NCBI GenBank assembly: GCA_049515535.1
Contig: JBEKTZ010000004.1
Location: forward strand, 201,462-265,461
Source: Candidatus Aminicenantales bacterium
GTDB taxonomy: Bacteria > Acidobacteriota > Aminicenantia > Aminicenantales > UBA4085
Length of the DNA stretch: 64,000 nt
Direction of reading: 5' to 3'
Under the pieces are notes generated by a model. It had not been told where the DNA came from and ran no database searches. It saw only the letters and a program-made list of their open reading frames with translations. Below, piece by piece: positions 9,982 to 20,011 of this stretch. Numbering within the stretch: the stretch's first letter is position 1; the number at the start of each line of letters is the position of its first letter. Position numbers and translations under genes: made by a program.

Positions 9982-10324
9982 TCCGAGGCCGGCTTTGGCC
10001 CTCGATGAGGACGGAAACGGCGTCGAATCGGCACGGACAATCCCCGAGGCGTTTTTTCTGGATATACCCTTCGGCGATCTTGCGGAGTTGGCTCTGCTTG
10101 GCATAGGTCACGGATTCCTCCGGATATCCGTAGCTTTCGCCCGACCTCGTTTTGACCTCGACGAAGACAAGCGTTTTGCGGTCCAAGGCGATGATATCGA
10201 TTTCTCCTCGGAAGAGACGGAATCCCCGTTCGAGGATTTTGAACCGTTTTTTTCTTAGGAACCGGGCGGCCGCATCTTCGCCAGCTTTACCCAGCGTCAG
10301 CCTGTCTTTTTTACGATCTTCCAT
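9956..10324 (-). CDS. yraN: YraN-family (UPF0102) endonuclease
   Basis: GEDAAARFLRKKRFKILERGFR...GEIDIIALDRKTLVFVEVKTR has the conserved YraN architecture. Confidence 0.8.
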   Translation of the reverse strand: MEDRKKDRLTLGKAGEDAAARFLRKKRFKILERGFRLFRGEIDIIALDRKTLVFVEVKTRSGESYGYPEESVTYAKQSQLRKIAEGYIQKKRLGDCPCRFDAVSVLIEGQSRPRIRHIEDAF

Positions 10325-11703
10325 CGCACGCCGTCTTTGGTGTCCTCAAGAACGACCCCGGCCTCTTCCAGTTCTTTGCGGAGCTGATCGGCCAACTTGA
10401 AGTTCCGATCCTTTCGCGCCCGTTCCCGTTCCCGGATCTTTGGCAGAAGCGCGTCCGGAAGCGAGGGCTCCTGTTTGGGCGGGAGGATCGCAAGGACCTC
10501 ATTCAAAGAATAGACGAACGACAACGCGTCTTTTGCGTCATCCGCGAGAAGTTTTTCCTGTTTGATCAAGACGTTGATCTTCTTGACGAAATCGAATAAG
10601 GCAGTCATGGCCTGGGAGACGTTGAGGTCGTCGGCCAGTCCGTCCTTGAACTTGCCCTCAGTTTTCCTGAAGAGCTTTTGAACCTCGGAGCTTTTTCCCT
10701 GGGAAAAGGAACGGTTCTCGAGTTCATAGAGGAAATCCTTGATCCTCTGCAGGGCGGACTGGGCTTGGCCCAGCGCTTCGAACGTGAAATTGAGAACCTT
10801 GCGATAATGGGTCGAGAGGAGAAGATAGCGGATGGCCATGGGATCGATCTTCCGCGTTTCCGTAAGATCCCGTAGCAGGAAAAAATTACCTTTGGATTTC
10901 GCCATTTTTTCGCCGTCGACGATCAAATGGTGGCAATGCAGCCAGAACCGCACGAACGGCTCTCCGGAATAGGCTTCGGATTGGGCGATCTCGTTTTCAT
11001 GATGGGGAAAGATATTGTCCATGCCGCCGCAATGGATATCGAACGTTTGGCCGAGATATTTCGAGCTCATCGCAGAACATTCGATGTGCCATCCGGGACG
11101 TCCAGGGCCGATCTCGGTCTCCCAAAATGGCTCTCCTGGCTTCGGAGCTTTCCAGAGGGCGAAATCGCGAGCGTGCTCCTTTTCGTACTCGTCCGACTCG
11201 ACGCGCTCCGTCGATTGGAGTTCCTCGACGTCGATTTTGGATAGTTTTCCGTATCCGGGGAATTTGGCGATGCTGAAATAGATCGAGCCTTCCTTGCGAT
11301 AAGCGAAGCCTTTTTCGATGAGCGCTTTGATGATCCGGACCATATCCGGGATGTGTTCCGTGGCCCGGGGATAATGGTCGGCCGGATCGATCCGGAGAAC
11401 CTCGAGATCGGCGAAGAAGGCCCGAATATATTCCGTGGTGTAAGCGTTCAGATCGACGCCTTTGGCCTTGGCCCCGCGAATGGTCTTGTCGTCCACGTCG
11501 GTGATATTCATGACGTGCGTCACCCGGAATCCGCAGAATTTCAGGAACCTTTTCAGCAGGTCCTCGAAAATATAAGCGCGAAAATTGCCGATATGAGCGT
11601 AATCATAGACGGTCGGGCCGCACGTATAGAGCTTGACATGGCCGGGTACAAGCGGAACGAAGATCTCTTTTTTTCCGTTCAACGTGTTGAAAAATTGAAT
11701 CAT
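10297..11703 (-). CDS. cysS: Cysteine--tRNA ligase
   Basis: HIGH-class motif in CGPTVYDYAHIGNFRAY and a KMSKS-type KMAKSKGN motif. Zinc-binding Cys residues present. Confidence 0.93.
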   Translation of the reverse strand: MIQFFNTLNGKKEIFVPLVPGHVKLYTCGPTVYDYAHIGNFRAYIFEDLLKRFLKFCGFRVTHVMNITDVDDKTIRGAKAKGVDLNAYTTEYIRAFFADLEVLRIDPADHYPRATEHIPDMVRIIKALIEKGFAYRKEGSIYFSIAKFPGYGKLSKIDVEELQSTERVESDEYEKEHARDFALWKAPKPGEPFWETEIGPGRPGWHIECSAMSSKYLGQTFDIHCGGMDNIFPHHENEIAQSEAYSGEPFVRFWLHCHHLIVDGEKMAKSKGNFFLLRDLTETRKIDPMAIRYLLLSTHYRKVLNFTFEALGQAQSALQRIKDFLYELENRSFSQGKSSEVQKLFRKTEGKFKDGLADDLNVSQAMTALFDFVKKINVLIKQEKLLADDAKDALSFVYSLNEVLAILPPKQEPSLPDALLPKIRERERARKDRNFKLADQLRKELEEAGVVLEDTKDGVRWKIVKKTG

Positions 11704-11780
11704 GAGCAGACATTATACAATATCGTTCGATTCTCGCCAAAAAATGAGATCAAGAGAGGACGGCTCGGTCCGGCTTTCGA

Positions 11781-11809
11781 TTGACCGGCGGAGATATTTA
11801 TGCCATAAT
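11781..11809 (+). promoter_or_regulatory. Predicted sigma-70-type promoter (TTGACC-N17-CATAAT) in the divergent cysS/LKR intergenic region
   Basis: Hexamers read directly from the sequence, ~40 nt upstream of the 11851 start codon. Confidence 0.4.
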
Positions 11810-11850
11810 ATGGCTTAATTCAATATTCCTTTCTTAAACGAGATCCAACC

Positions 11851-13173
11851 ATGAACCAGCTCGCCATCGGCATCCGGCGTGAGGACAAAAACGATTGGGA
11901 ACGCCGTGTCCCCCTTATCCCCAGCCATGTCCGTGAACTCATGAAGGCGCACGGGCTCAAGTTTTACGTCCAGCCGTCTCCGATCCGGGTCTTCGCGGAT
12001 GACGATTTCCGCCTGGAAGGGGCGAAAATTCAAGAAAGCCTCGCTCCCTGTCGGGTGGTTCTCGCGGTGAAGGAAATTCCCCTGCCGTTCTTCGAGGAAG
12101 GGAAGACCTATTTCTTTTTTTCCCACACGATCAAGGGCCAGGCCGCTAACATGCCCATGCTCCAGAAAATGATCGATCTGCGCTGCACGCTTATCGACTA
12201 TGAGAAGATCGTTGACGAGAAAGGACGAAGACTGGTGTTCTTCGGCCGTCAGGCGGGGGACGCCGGCATGATCGACACGCTCTGGGCTCTGGGCCGCCGC
12301 CTCGAGATCGAGAGCGTCAAAAATCCCTTTTCGGAGCTCCGTCAAACCTATCGGTACCTAAGCCTTGTCGAAGCCAAGGAAGAGATTGCTTACATCGGCG
12401 AAGAGATCCGGCGATCGGGCTTGCCCAAAATCATGGTCCCGTTCATCTGCGGCTTCGCCGGATACGGGCATGTCTCCCAAGGAGCCCAGGAGATATTCGA
12501 TCTCCTGCCGAGCGACGAGATCGAGCCCGAGGAATTCGCGGACTTCATCGCCGGCGGGAATTTCTCTCCCCACCGCGTTTATAAAATCGTCTTCAGGGAA
12601 GAGCATATGGTCAGGCCCCGAGGGAGGGGACGAGTTTTCGAACTCCAGGATTATTATCAGAATCCGGAGAAATACGAACCCGTTCTCGAAAGCTTTCTTC
12701 CCCATCTCACCGTCCTCGTCAACGGAATTTACTGGGCTCCGAAATATCCGCGCTTCGTCACGAAAAAATTCATCCGGGAGCTCTATGACAAGGAAGCGCG
12801 GCCCCGGCTTCGCGTCATCGGCGATATCTCATGCGATGTCGAAGGCGGTATCGAAATCACGGTCCGGGCCACCGATCCCAAAAATCCGGTCTACGTCTAT
12901 GATCCCCTCAAAGACGAGGCGATCTCGGGGTTCGAAGGCCGCGGTCCGGTCATCATGGCCGTGGATAATTTGCCGGCCGAGATCTCGCTGGAGTCCTCGG
13001 TTTTCTTCAGCCAGTCGCTCCGACCTTTCATCCCGGACATCGCCCAAGCGGACTGCGCCGGTTCGTTTGATTCCTGCCGGCTTCCGGACCCGATAAAGAG
13101 AGCCGTGATCCTGTTCAAGGGCGAATTCACGGACAATTATCGATACATGCATGGTTTTTTGAAATCACCTTGA
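11851..13173 (+). CDS. Lysine-ketoglutarate reductase-like / saccharopine dehydrogenase (L-lysine-forming) domain protein (AlaDH/PNT fold)
   Basis: IGIRREDKNDWERRVPLIP...FFFSHTIKGQAANMPML...LIDYEKIVDEKGRRLVFFGRQAGDAGMID aligns to the LKR half of eukaryotic AASS/LYS1. Confidence 0.7.
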   Translation: MNQLAIGIRREDKNDWERRVPLIPSHVRELMKAHGLKFYVQPSPIRVFADDDFRLEGAKIQESLAPCRVVLAVKEIPLPFFEEGKTYFFFSHTIKGQAANMPMLQKMIDLRCTLIDYEKIVDEKGRRLVFFGRQAGDAGMIDTLWALGRRLEIESVKNPFSELRQTYRYLSLVEAKEEIAYIGEEIRRSGLPKIMVPFICGFAGYGHVSQGAQEIFDLLPSDEIEPEEFADFIAGGNFSPHRVYKIVFREEHMVRPRGRGRVFELQDYYQNPEKYEPVLESFLPHLTVLVNGIYWAPKYPRFVTKKFIRELYDKEARPRLRVIGDISCDVEGGIEITVRATDPKNPVYVYDPLKDEAISGFEGRGPVIMAVDNLPAEISLESSVFFSQSLRPFIPDIAQADCAGSFDSCRLPDPIKRAVILFKGEFTDNYRYMHGFLKSP

Positions 13174-13207
13174 TACGGGGAGAACAGCCATCAAAAAAAT
13201 ACTCGTT

Positions 13208-14515
13208 TTGGGTGCGGGGTTTGTCGCCGGTCCGGTCGTAAAATATTTTCTGGAACGTCCCGAAACGGATGTCACGGTCGCGGATATGGATCTCGAAAAG
13301 GCGAAGGCACTCGTCGGCTCACGGGCCAATGGCCAAGCGCTCGTTTTGAATCTCAGGGATCAAGACGGATTGAATAAAGTCATCGCGGGCGCCGACGTCG
13401 TCGTCAGCCTCGTGCCTTACACATTCCATCCCCTGGTCGCCGAGACCTGCATCGCTCTGCGCCGAAACATGGTGACGACGTCCTACGTCGGCGAAGCGAT
13501 GAGAGCGCTGGACGAGAAGGCCCGCGAGGCGGGCATCGTCATTCTCAACGAAGTCGGGCTCGATCCGGGGATCGACCACATGGAGGCCATGCGGATCATC
13601 CACGAGGTAAAAAACCAGGGCGGAAAAATCCTGGGCTTCACGTCCTACTGCGGAGGGCTGCCGGCGCCCGAAGCCAATAACAATCCTTTCGGCTACAAAT
13701 TTTCATGGAGTCCGCGCGGTGTCCTCCTGGCCGGGAAAAACGCCGCCCATTATTTGAAGGACGGTCAGGATGTCCAAGTATCCGCCGAGAGCCTTTTCGA
13801 TCACTATACGATGATTCCCGTCGAAGGGTTGGGCCGATTCGAAGGATATCCGAACCGCGATGCGTTGCCGTATATCGGGCTTTACGGGATCCCGGAGACA
13901 CGGACGATGTTCCGAGGGACGTTGCGATACCCCGGCTGGTGCGAGACATTGAAGAAAATCGCGGACCTCGGACTCCTTGAGCAGGACGAGATGGATTTGA
14001 GGGGGAAAACGCACGCGGATCTCGTCCGAGACTTGGCCGGCGTGCCCGAAGCGCAGGACATCAAAAGCGAGTTGCGCAGAAAATTGGGCCTGAAGCCGGA
14101 TTCCAAAGTCATCGACAAACTGGAATGGCTTGGACTCTTGAGCGAAGATCGGATTTCCCTCGAATACGGATCCCCTCTCGACGTCCTCGAAATGCTCATG
14201 CTCAAGAGACTCCAATATGAGGAAGGCGAAAGGGACATGGTTGTCCTTCAGCACGAATTCGTCGCCGTCGATGACCGAGGCAAAAAACAAAAAATCACGT
14301 CGACCTTGATTGATTTCGGCGTTCCCGGCGGCGATTCATCGATGGCCCGGACTGTCGGTCTTCCCGCCGCGGTAGGTACGCGCCTTGTCCTTGAAGGCCG
14401 GATCCGAAGGACGGGTGTCTCGGTCCCGGTTCATCCCGAGGTCTACGGCCCGATTCTCGAGGAGTTGGAAAATCACGGCATCATTTTCAACGTGAAAAAA
14501 TCCTGGGCCGACTGA
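13208..14515 (+). CDS. Saccharopine dehydrogenase (L-glutamate-forming)-like protein (LYS9 / AASS SDH-half homolog)
   Basis: FTSYCGGLPAPEANNNPFGYKFSWSPRGVLLAG and EGYPNRDALPYIGLYGI match the SDH domain. The Rossmann motif (KKILVLGAGFVAG) begins before the listed TTG start, so the true start may lie a few codons earlier or use a non-canonical codon. Confidence 0.7.
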   Translation: MGAGFVAGPVVKYFLERPETDVTVADMDLEKAKALVGSRANGQALVLNLRDQDGLNKVIAGADVVVSLVPYTFHPLVAETCIALRRNMVTTSYVGEAMRALDEKAREAGIVILNEVGLDPGIDHMEAMRIIHEVKNQGGKILGFTSYCGGLPAPEANNNPFGYKFSWSPRGVLLAGKNAAHYLKDGQDVQVSAESLFDHYTMIPVEGLGRFEGYPNRDALPYIGLYGIPETRTMFRGTLRYPGWCETLKKIADLGLLEQDEMDLRGKTHADLVRDLAGVPEAQDIKSELRRKLGLKPDSKVIDKLEWLGLLSEDRISLEYGSPLDVLEMLMLKRLQYEEGERDMVVLQHEFVAVDDRGKKQKITSTLIDFGVPGGDSSMARTVGLPAAVGTRLVLEGRIRRTGVSVPVHPEVYGPILEELENHGIIFNVKKSWAD

Positions 14516-14531
14516 GTTCGAGGAGGGGAAC

Positions 14532-15338
14532 ATGAAGAGAAAAGCCGCCGTCGCTGGATCTTTCTATCCCGGGAATCCTCAAGAACTTCGCCGAATGCTC
14601 AGCCGAATGGTCGATCTTGAAGCCCCAAAGACCAAGGCCCTGGCCGTGGTTTCGCCGCATGCCGGATTGATCTATTCCGGCCCAGTGGCCGGCGCGGTCT
14701 TCTCTTCCGTGGATCTGCCCGACACCATCCTCATCCTCGCGCCGAGTCACCGCCCGATGCGATCCCTCTTCGCCCTGATGAAGGATGGAGAGTGGGAAAC
14801 GCCGTTGGGGACCATCCCCGTCGCTTCCGGGCTGGCGGAGTCGATCCTGAACTCCTCGGATCTGGTGGCTACGGACTCGGCCGCCCATGCCCAGGAGCAT
14901 TCGCTCGAAGTCCAGCTCCCCTTCATCCAATACATCAAAACCCGATTTTCGATCGTCCCGATCAATATTTCGCATCTCGCCTCATACCGGGATCTGGAAG
15001 AACTGGGAGGAGGCATCGCCGCCGGTATCCTCGCTCAGAACGAGGAAGTGCTGATCGTCGCCAGCACGGATATGAGCCATTACGTCAGCCGGGCCGAAGC
15101 GGAACGGAAGGATTTCCTGGCCATCCGGAAAATCCTGGAACTCGATCCTAGAGGATTGTTCGACATCGTCGGATCCGAGGACATCAGCATGTGCGGCTAT
15201 CAGCCCGTCACGGCCGGTCTGATCGCGGCCAAGAAGCTCGGCGCGAAGAAGGCGGAACTCGTCAAATACGCGACGTCCGGCGACCGCACGGGAGATGATC
15301 GGGAAGTCGTCGGCTACGCCGGAATCAGGATTATCTAA
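14532..15338 (+). CDS. Memo1-like protein (AmmeMemoRadiSam system protein B family)
   Basis: GSFYPGNPQELRRML...AVVSPHAGLIYSGPVAGAVF is the conserved Memo/protein-B N-terminus. Confidence 0.7.
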   Translation: MKRKAAVAGSFYPGNPQELRRMLSRMVDLEAPKTKALAVVSPHAGLIYSGPVAGAVFSSVDLPDTILILAPSHRPMRSLFALMKDGEWETPLGTIPVASGLAESILNSSDLVATDSAAHAQEHSLEVQLPFIQYIKTRFSIVPINISHLASYRDLEELGGGIAAGILAQNEEVLIVASTDMSHYVSRAEAERKDFLAIRKILELDPRGLFDIVGSEDISMCGYQPVTAGLIAAKKLGAKKAELVKYATSGDRTGDDREVVGYAGIRII

Positions 15339-15396
15339 ACCCCCGGCCTTCATTGACTTCGCCTCGACTCCGGTTATAATATCCTACGGAACGATC

Positions 15397-16440
15397 ATGA
15401 AAAACCCCGGACTTCGAGACAAAGACAAGATCGTCCTGAAAGCGATCGTCGAGCATTATCTCAAGATCGGCAAACCTATCAGCTCGGGCTTCATTCATCA
15501 GAAAAGAGTTCTCTCCGATTCCCCCGCCAGCCTCAGGAACATCATGCTCAAGCTCGAGGAACTCGGTTTTCTTTCTCAGCCGCACGCTTCGGCCGGCCGG
15601 ATTCCGACGGATAAGGGCCTCCGTTTTTATGTCAACAGTCTCCTCGAGGAATCGCCGTTGTCGCTCGATCAAATGAGCCTTCTGACGAGCGATCTGTCCA
15701 TAAAGAAGGGGGACCTGAATTCGCTTCTTCATCGGATCTCGCTCCACCTGGCCGACCAGTCGGACAGCCTGGGTTTCGTCCTCTCGCCGCGCATCTCCAA
15801 GATCCATTTTCATCATCTCCGGTTCATCAAGATCGCCGAAAACAAGGTGATGATCATCCTTGTGACGTCGTTCAACGTCGTCCTGACGGAAATCGTTTCG
15901 ACGGAAACCTATTTCGACCAATCCGAGCTCGACCAGGCTTCGCAATACATCAACCAGAATTTTCACGGCAAGAACCTGCTGCTCGTCCGGGACCGCCTGC
16001 TCGGCGAGCTTCCCAAATATCAATCCAAGTTCGAGCAGGCGTTCAATAAGCTGATGTCCCTCATCAAGGACTCGATCGTTCAGGAAGACATGGAGAATCC
16101 CATCATCCTCCAGGGAACGGCCAGGCTCATCGATAAGTTCGAAACCTTCGACATGGCCAAAATGAAGTCGCTGTTCCAGAACTTCGAGGAAAAAGCCAAT
16201 CTGGCGAAGCTCCTTTCCGATTTCATATCCCTTGACCGGGTGAAAGTGCTCATCGGCTCCGAGTCCAACCTGCCGATCATTTCGGACTGTTCGCTCGTCC
16301 TCTCCCATTATGGAGACGAGAATCAGGTCATGGGCTCCCTGGGCATCATCGGGCCGAAGCGGATTCCCTATAAAAAGATCATTCCGCTCGTCGACAATGT
16401 CGCCAAAAGACTGAGCCGGACGATCAGCCAAAACCACTAG
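15397..16440 (+). CDS. hrcA: Heat-inducible transcription repressor HrcA
   Basis: Length and position directly upstream of grpE fit HrcA. N-terminal winged helix (KDKIVLKAIVEHYLKIGKPISSGFI). Start trimmed from the upstream-extended ORF to MKNPGLRDK. Confidence 0.75.
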   Translation: MKNPGLRDKDKIVLKAIVEHYLKIGKPISSGFIHQKRVLSDSPASLRNIMLKLEELGFLSQPHASAGRIPTDKGLRFYVNSLLEESPLSLDQMSLLTSDLSIKKGDLNSLLHRISLHLADQSDSLGFVLSPRISKIHFHHLRFIKIAENKVMIILVTSFNVVLTEIVSTETYFDQSELDQASQYINQNFHGKNLLLVRDRLLGELPKYQSKFEQAFNKLMSLIKDSIVQEDMENPIILQGTARLIDKFETFDMAKMKSLFQNFEEKANLAKLLSDFISLDRVKVLIGSESNLPIISDCSLVLSHYGDENQVMGSLGIIGPKRIPYKKIIPLVDNVAKRLSRTISQNH

Positions 16441-16457
16441 AGAAGGCGAAGGAACAC

Positions 16458-17153
16458 ATGGATATCGAAGACGAAAAAGAGCAGGAAGAAGATCCGGGGG
16501 AAGACACGGGACACCAGCCGGACGCGGATTCCGCCGGGGACGCCCCGGAAGACGAAAAAGAAAAGGGAACCGCGACGAAGAAGGCCGCGAGCGAAGAACA
16601 TGGCGGGCATGATCAACATGAAAAAGCGGATCATGAGGACGCTAAATCCTTGAAAGGAAAGCTCCGGAAGAAAGAGCATGAGATCAAAAACCACAAGGCG
16701 GAAATCGAGGAATTGAGAAAAGAGAAAGCCGAGATCAAAGATAAATTCCTCAGAGCGCTGGCCGAGATGGACAATCAGCGGAAGAGGCTCGAGCGGGAGA
16801 AGAGCGAGTTTTATCAGTTCGCTCTCAGCGATCTCCTCAAGGAAATATTGCTGGTTCTCGATAATTTCGAAAGAGCCCTGAAGAACAGGGATCAAACGGA
16901 TGACAAAAGCTTCCAAGAAGGCGTCGAGCTCATCTCTAAGCAGTTCCAAGATATGATCCGGAAACAAGGCCTGACTCCTGTCGGAGAGGAACATCAGAAA
17001 TTCGATCCCTCGGCCCACCATGCGGTCCTGACCGAAGAATCCGATCAAATCGATGAGCCGGAAATCGGCGAAGTGCTCCAGAAAGGCTACTTCCTCAACG
17101 ACCGGCTTCTCCGTCCCGCCCTGGTCAAAGTGATGGTTCCCAAAAAGAGCTAG
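16458..17153 (+). CDS. grpE: Nucleotide exchange factor GrpE
   Basis: Acidic N-terminus. Coiled-coil segment, then RALAEMDNQRKRLEREK...DLLKEILLVLDNFERAL and a C-terminal beta domain (GYFLNDRLLRPALVKV). Confidence 0.88.
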   Translation: MDIEDEKEQEEDPGEDTGHQPDADSAGDAPEDEKEKGTATKKAASEEHGGHDQHEKADHEDAKSLKGKLRKKEHEIKNHKAEIEELRKEKAEIKDKFLRALAEMDNQRKRLEREKSEFYQFALSDLLKEILLVLDNFERALKNRDQTDDKSFQEGVELISKQFQDMIRKQGLTPVGEEHQKFDPSAHHAVLTEESDQIDEPEIGEVLQKGYFLNDRLLRPALVKVMVPKKS

Positions 17154-17154
17154 A

Positions 17155-18723
17155 ATGGGCCCCATCATCGGCATCGATCTCGGCACGACGTATTCCTGCA
17201 TGGCCCACCTCGCGGGAGGGCAGCCGCGCGTCATTCCTAATCTGGAGGGGTCCACGACGACGCCGTCCATGGCGGCGTTCACGGCATCGGGGGATACCCT
17301 GATCGGGAGCATCGCCGCGAGACAGGCCGTCACGAATCCCGCAATGACGCTGTACGCCGTCAAGCGGCTGATCGGGAAAAAAGCGGGGTCTCCGGACGTC
17401 CAGAAAATCCGGAAGAGATTGCCGTACAAGCTGGCCGAAGCCCCGAACGGCGATGTCCTGATCGATATCGGGAACCGGATGATCACCCCCCAAGAGGTCT
17501 CGGCCTTGATCCTCGCCTACCTCAAGAGATGCGCCGAGTCCTATTTCGGCGAAGACATCATGGATGCGGTCATAACCGTCCCCGCGCATTTCGGCGATCA
17601 CCAAAGACAGGCGACCAAAGACGCCGCCGCCATCGCCGGGCTGAACGTCCTCCGTGTCATCAACGAGCCGACCGCCGCGAGCCTGGCCTTCGGCCTCGAC
17701 CAGAAGAAGAACGGCCGAGTGGCCGTCTTCGACATGGGCGGAGGGACGTTCGACATCACCCTGCTCGAGATCCATAACGGCGTGTTTCACATTCTTGCCA
17801 CGAACGGCGACTCCTTCCTTGGCGGCGAGGATTTCGACCAAAAAATCATCGACTGGTTCGTGGAAGAGGCGAAAAAAGAGCTTGGCATCGATCTCTCGGG
17901 CGACTTGTTCGCCCTGCAGAGAATCAAGGAGGCCGCGGAGCGGGCCAAGCGGGAGCTTTCGTTCACTCACGAAACCGAGATCAACCTGCCGTTCATCCAC
18001 GCCGCGCCGAGAGGTTCGGGTCATTTCCGCAAAGTGATATCGCGGTCCCTCCTTGAAAGCCTCACCGCGGATCTCGTCGAAAGGCCGTTTTCCCTGGTTG
18101 AACGGACTCTCGAAGAAAGCGGGCTCAAGCCGGGAGGGATCGACCACGTGATCCTCGTCGGAGGGCAGACGCGCATGCCGCTCGTCCGCGAGCGCGTTTC
18201 AAAATTCTTCAGGAAGAAAATTCACGAGCATGTCCATCCGGATGAAAGCGTCGCCCTGGGGGCGGCCATTCAATCCGGAATCCTGGAGGGAGAGCTGCGC
18301 GACCTTGTCCTGCTTCTGGACGTGACATCGTTCGCCCTCGGCATCGAGACCGAACGCGACGGCTACGAAAAAATCATCGAGAAGAACGCCACGATCCCCT
18401 TGAAGAAGGCCAAGGCCTTCACGACGGTCGAGAACAACCAGCGCCAAGTCAAAATCCATGTTTTGCAGGGCGACGGACCGCGCGCTTCGGACAGCGTGTC
18501 ATTGGCCAAGTTCGATCTCATCGGCCTTCTGCCGGCCCTGGCCGGAATCCCTCAAATCGACGTGACGTTCGAGATCGACGCGGACGGCCTGGTCAAGGTA
18601 TCGGCCAAGGATGCCTTGTCGGGCAAGGAGCAGAAGATCGTCGTCCGGCCCTCTTCGGGATTGAGCCGGCAGCAGATCAACAGCCTCCGGTTGAAGGCGC
18701 GGGATAAAGAGGCGAAGACGTAA
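17155..18723 (+). CDS. Hsp70-family chaperone paralog lacking the C-terminal alpha-helical lid (522 aa)
   Basis: Nucleotide-binding-domain motifs [24 protein letters not shown] and INEPTAAS, plus the interdomain linker LLLDVT and a beta-sandwich SBD. The protein ends ~25 aa after the SBD (...[23 protein letters not shown]), whereas the window's dnaK continues ~130 aa further. It sits in the dnaK position of an hrcA-grpE-X-dnaJ operon. Confidence 0.85.
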   Translation: MGPIIGIDLGTTYSCMAHLAGGQPRVIPNLEGSTTTPSMAAFTASGDTLIGSIAARQAVTNPAMTLYAVKRLIGKKAGSPDVQKIRKRLPYKLAEAPNGDVLIDIGNRMITPQEVSALILAYLKRCAESYFGEDIMDAVITVPAHFGDHQRQATKDAAAIAGLNVLRVINEPTAASLAFGLDQKKNGRVAVFDMGGGTFDITLLEIHNGVFHILATNGDSFLGGEDFDQKIIDWFVEEAKKELGIDLSGDLFALQRIKEAAERAKRELSFTHETEINLPFIHAAPRGSGHFRKVISRSLLESLTADLVERPFSLVERTLEESGLKPGGIDHVILVGGQTRMPLVRERVSKFFRKKIHEHVHPDESVALGAAIQSGILEGELRDLVLLLDVTSFALGIETERDGYEKIIEKNATIPLKKAKAFTTVENNQRQVKIHVLQGDGPRASDSVSLAKFDLIGLLPALAGIPQIDVTFEIDADGLVKVSAKDALSGKEQKIVVRPSSGLSRQQINSLRLKARDKEAKT

Positions 18724-18727
18724 AGTC

Positions 18728-19858
18728 ATGGCCAAAAAAGATTATTATGAGGTGCTGGGGATTCCGCGGAGAGCCGCAGTCGACGACATAAAGAAAGCTT
18801 ACCGGCAAAAGGCATTGAAACACCATCCCGACCGCAACCCCGGGAATAAAGAAGCCGAGGAAATGTTCAAAGAAGCGGCCGAGGCGTATAGCGTCCTCGG
18901 CGATCCTCAAAAACGGTCCCTCTATGATCAGTACGGACCCGACGGACTCCGGGGCGAAGCGTTCTCGGGATTCAACGCGACGGTCTTCGAGGACTTCGAG
19001 GACATCCTCGGGAATATTTTCGGTTTTAATTTCGGCTTCGGGGATGTTTTCGGCTCCGGAACGAGACAGAGAGGCTCCTCGTCCCAACGCGGCCGGGATC
19101 TGGCTCTGGAGATAGAAATCACGCTCGAAGAGGCCGCGGCAGGCGTCGCCAAGGACATTTCCCTCCACCGGGCGGAGCCTTGTCCTTCGTGTCAGGGAAC
19201 GAAGTTGCGGCCGGGAACAAAGAAATCGATCTGTTCTTCATGCGGCGGCCGCGGGCAGATCCGCCATCATCAGGGTTTCTTCACGTTGGCAAGGACCTGT
19301 CCGCAATGCGGAGGGAGCGGAGACATCATCGCCACGCCTTGCGATGAATGCCGCGGGACTGGCCACATGCGGCAAAAAAAAGCGCTGAATGTCCGAATTC
19401 CGGCGGGTATCGATAACGGATCCCGGCTCCGTATCCAGGGGGAGGGGGAAGCCGGGGACGGGGAGGGGAGAAGGGGAGATCTTTACATCGCCATCAAGGT
19501 CATGACGCACGATTTCTTCGTGCGTGAGCAGAATCATCTGTATTGCGAAATCTCGATCGCGTTTGTCCAAGCCGCGCTTGGCGTAACCATCGAAGTTCCC
19601 ACGCTCGAAGGCGCCGAGAAGCTCAAGATTCCCCCCGGCACGCAATCCGGCGAGGTTTTCCGGTTAAAGGGCCGGGGGATCAAAGACCTGGAGAGCCGAA
19701 GGCTCGGCGACTTGCTCGTCAAGATTCAAGTGAAAACCCCGGAAGACCTGTCCAAGGAACAAAAGGGCGTGTTGCGCCAGCTGGCCGAGTTGCGCGCTGA
19801 AAATCTGGATTTCATCGACCGGGAGACCGTGATGAAAGAAAGACGTCGCGTCCATTAG
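18728..19858 (+). CDS. dnaJ: Co-chaperone DnaJ (second copy)
   Basis: J domain DYYEVLGI...HHPDRNP, a G/F region and four CxxCxGxG zinc-finger repeats. It starts 5 nt after the Hsp70 paralog. Confidence 0.9.
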   Translation: MAKKDYYEVLGIPRRAAVDDIKKAYRQKALKHHPDRNPGNKEAEEMFKEAAEAYSVLGDPQKRSLYDQYGPDGLRGEAFSGFNATVFEDFEDILGNIFGFNFGFGDVFGSGTRQRGSSSQRGRDLALEIEITLEEAAAGVAKDISLHRAEPCPSCQGTKLRPGTKKSICSSCGGRGQIRHHQGFFTLARTCPQCGGSGDIIATPCDECRGTGHMRQKKALNVRIPAGIDNGSRLRIQGEGEAGDGEGRRGDLYIAIKVMTHDFFVREQNHLYCEISIAFVQAALGVTIEVPTLEGAEKLKIPPGTQSGEVFRLKGRGIKDLESRRLGDLLVKIQVKTPEDLSKEQKGVLRQLAELRAENLDFIDRETVMKERRRVH

Positions 19859-20011
19859 AGCCGCCTTTGATATCGAACCATTTTTGCGTCGACAACAAAA
19901 GGGCCGAAGGATGGAAAGCGGTTTCCCGCGGCGGTTGTAAGTCCGTCGGCGCGGGCGACACGATCGCAAAGGCGGAAATGGCGGCCCCGGTTTCGGGGTC
20001 GATTCTCCCGC

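Noticed and set aside
15339-15396. Search for a CIRCE element (TTAGCACTC-N9-GAGTGCTAA) upstream of hrcA, and HAIR upstream of the in-window chaperone genes
   Set aside because: Neither motif is present in the short hrcA upstream gap or before grpE. The dnaK1 promoter lies outside the window, so no operator feature was called.
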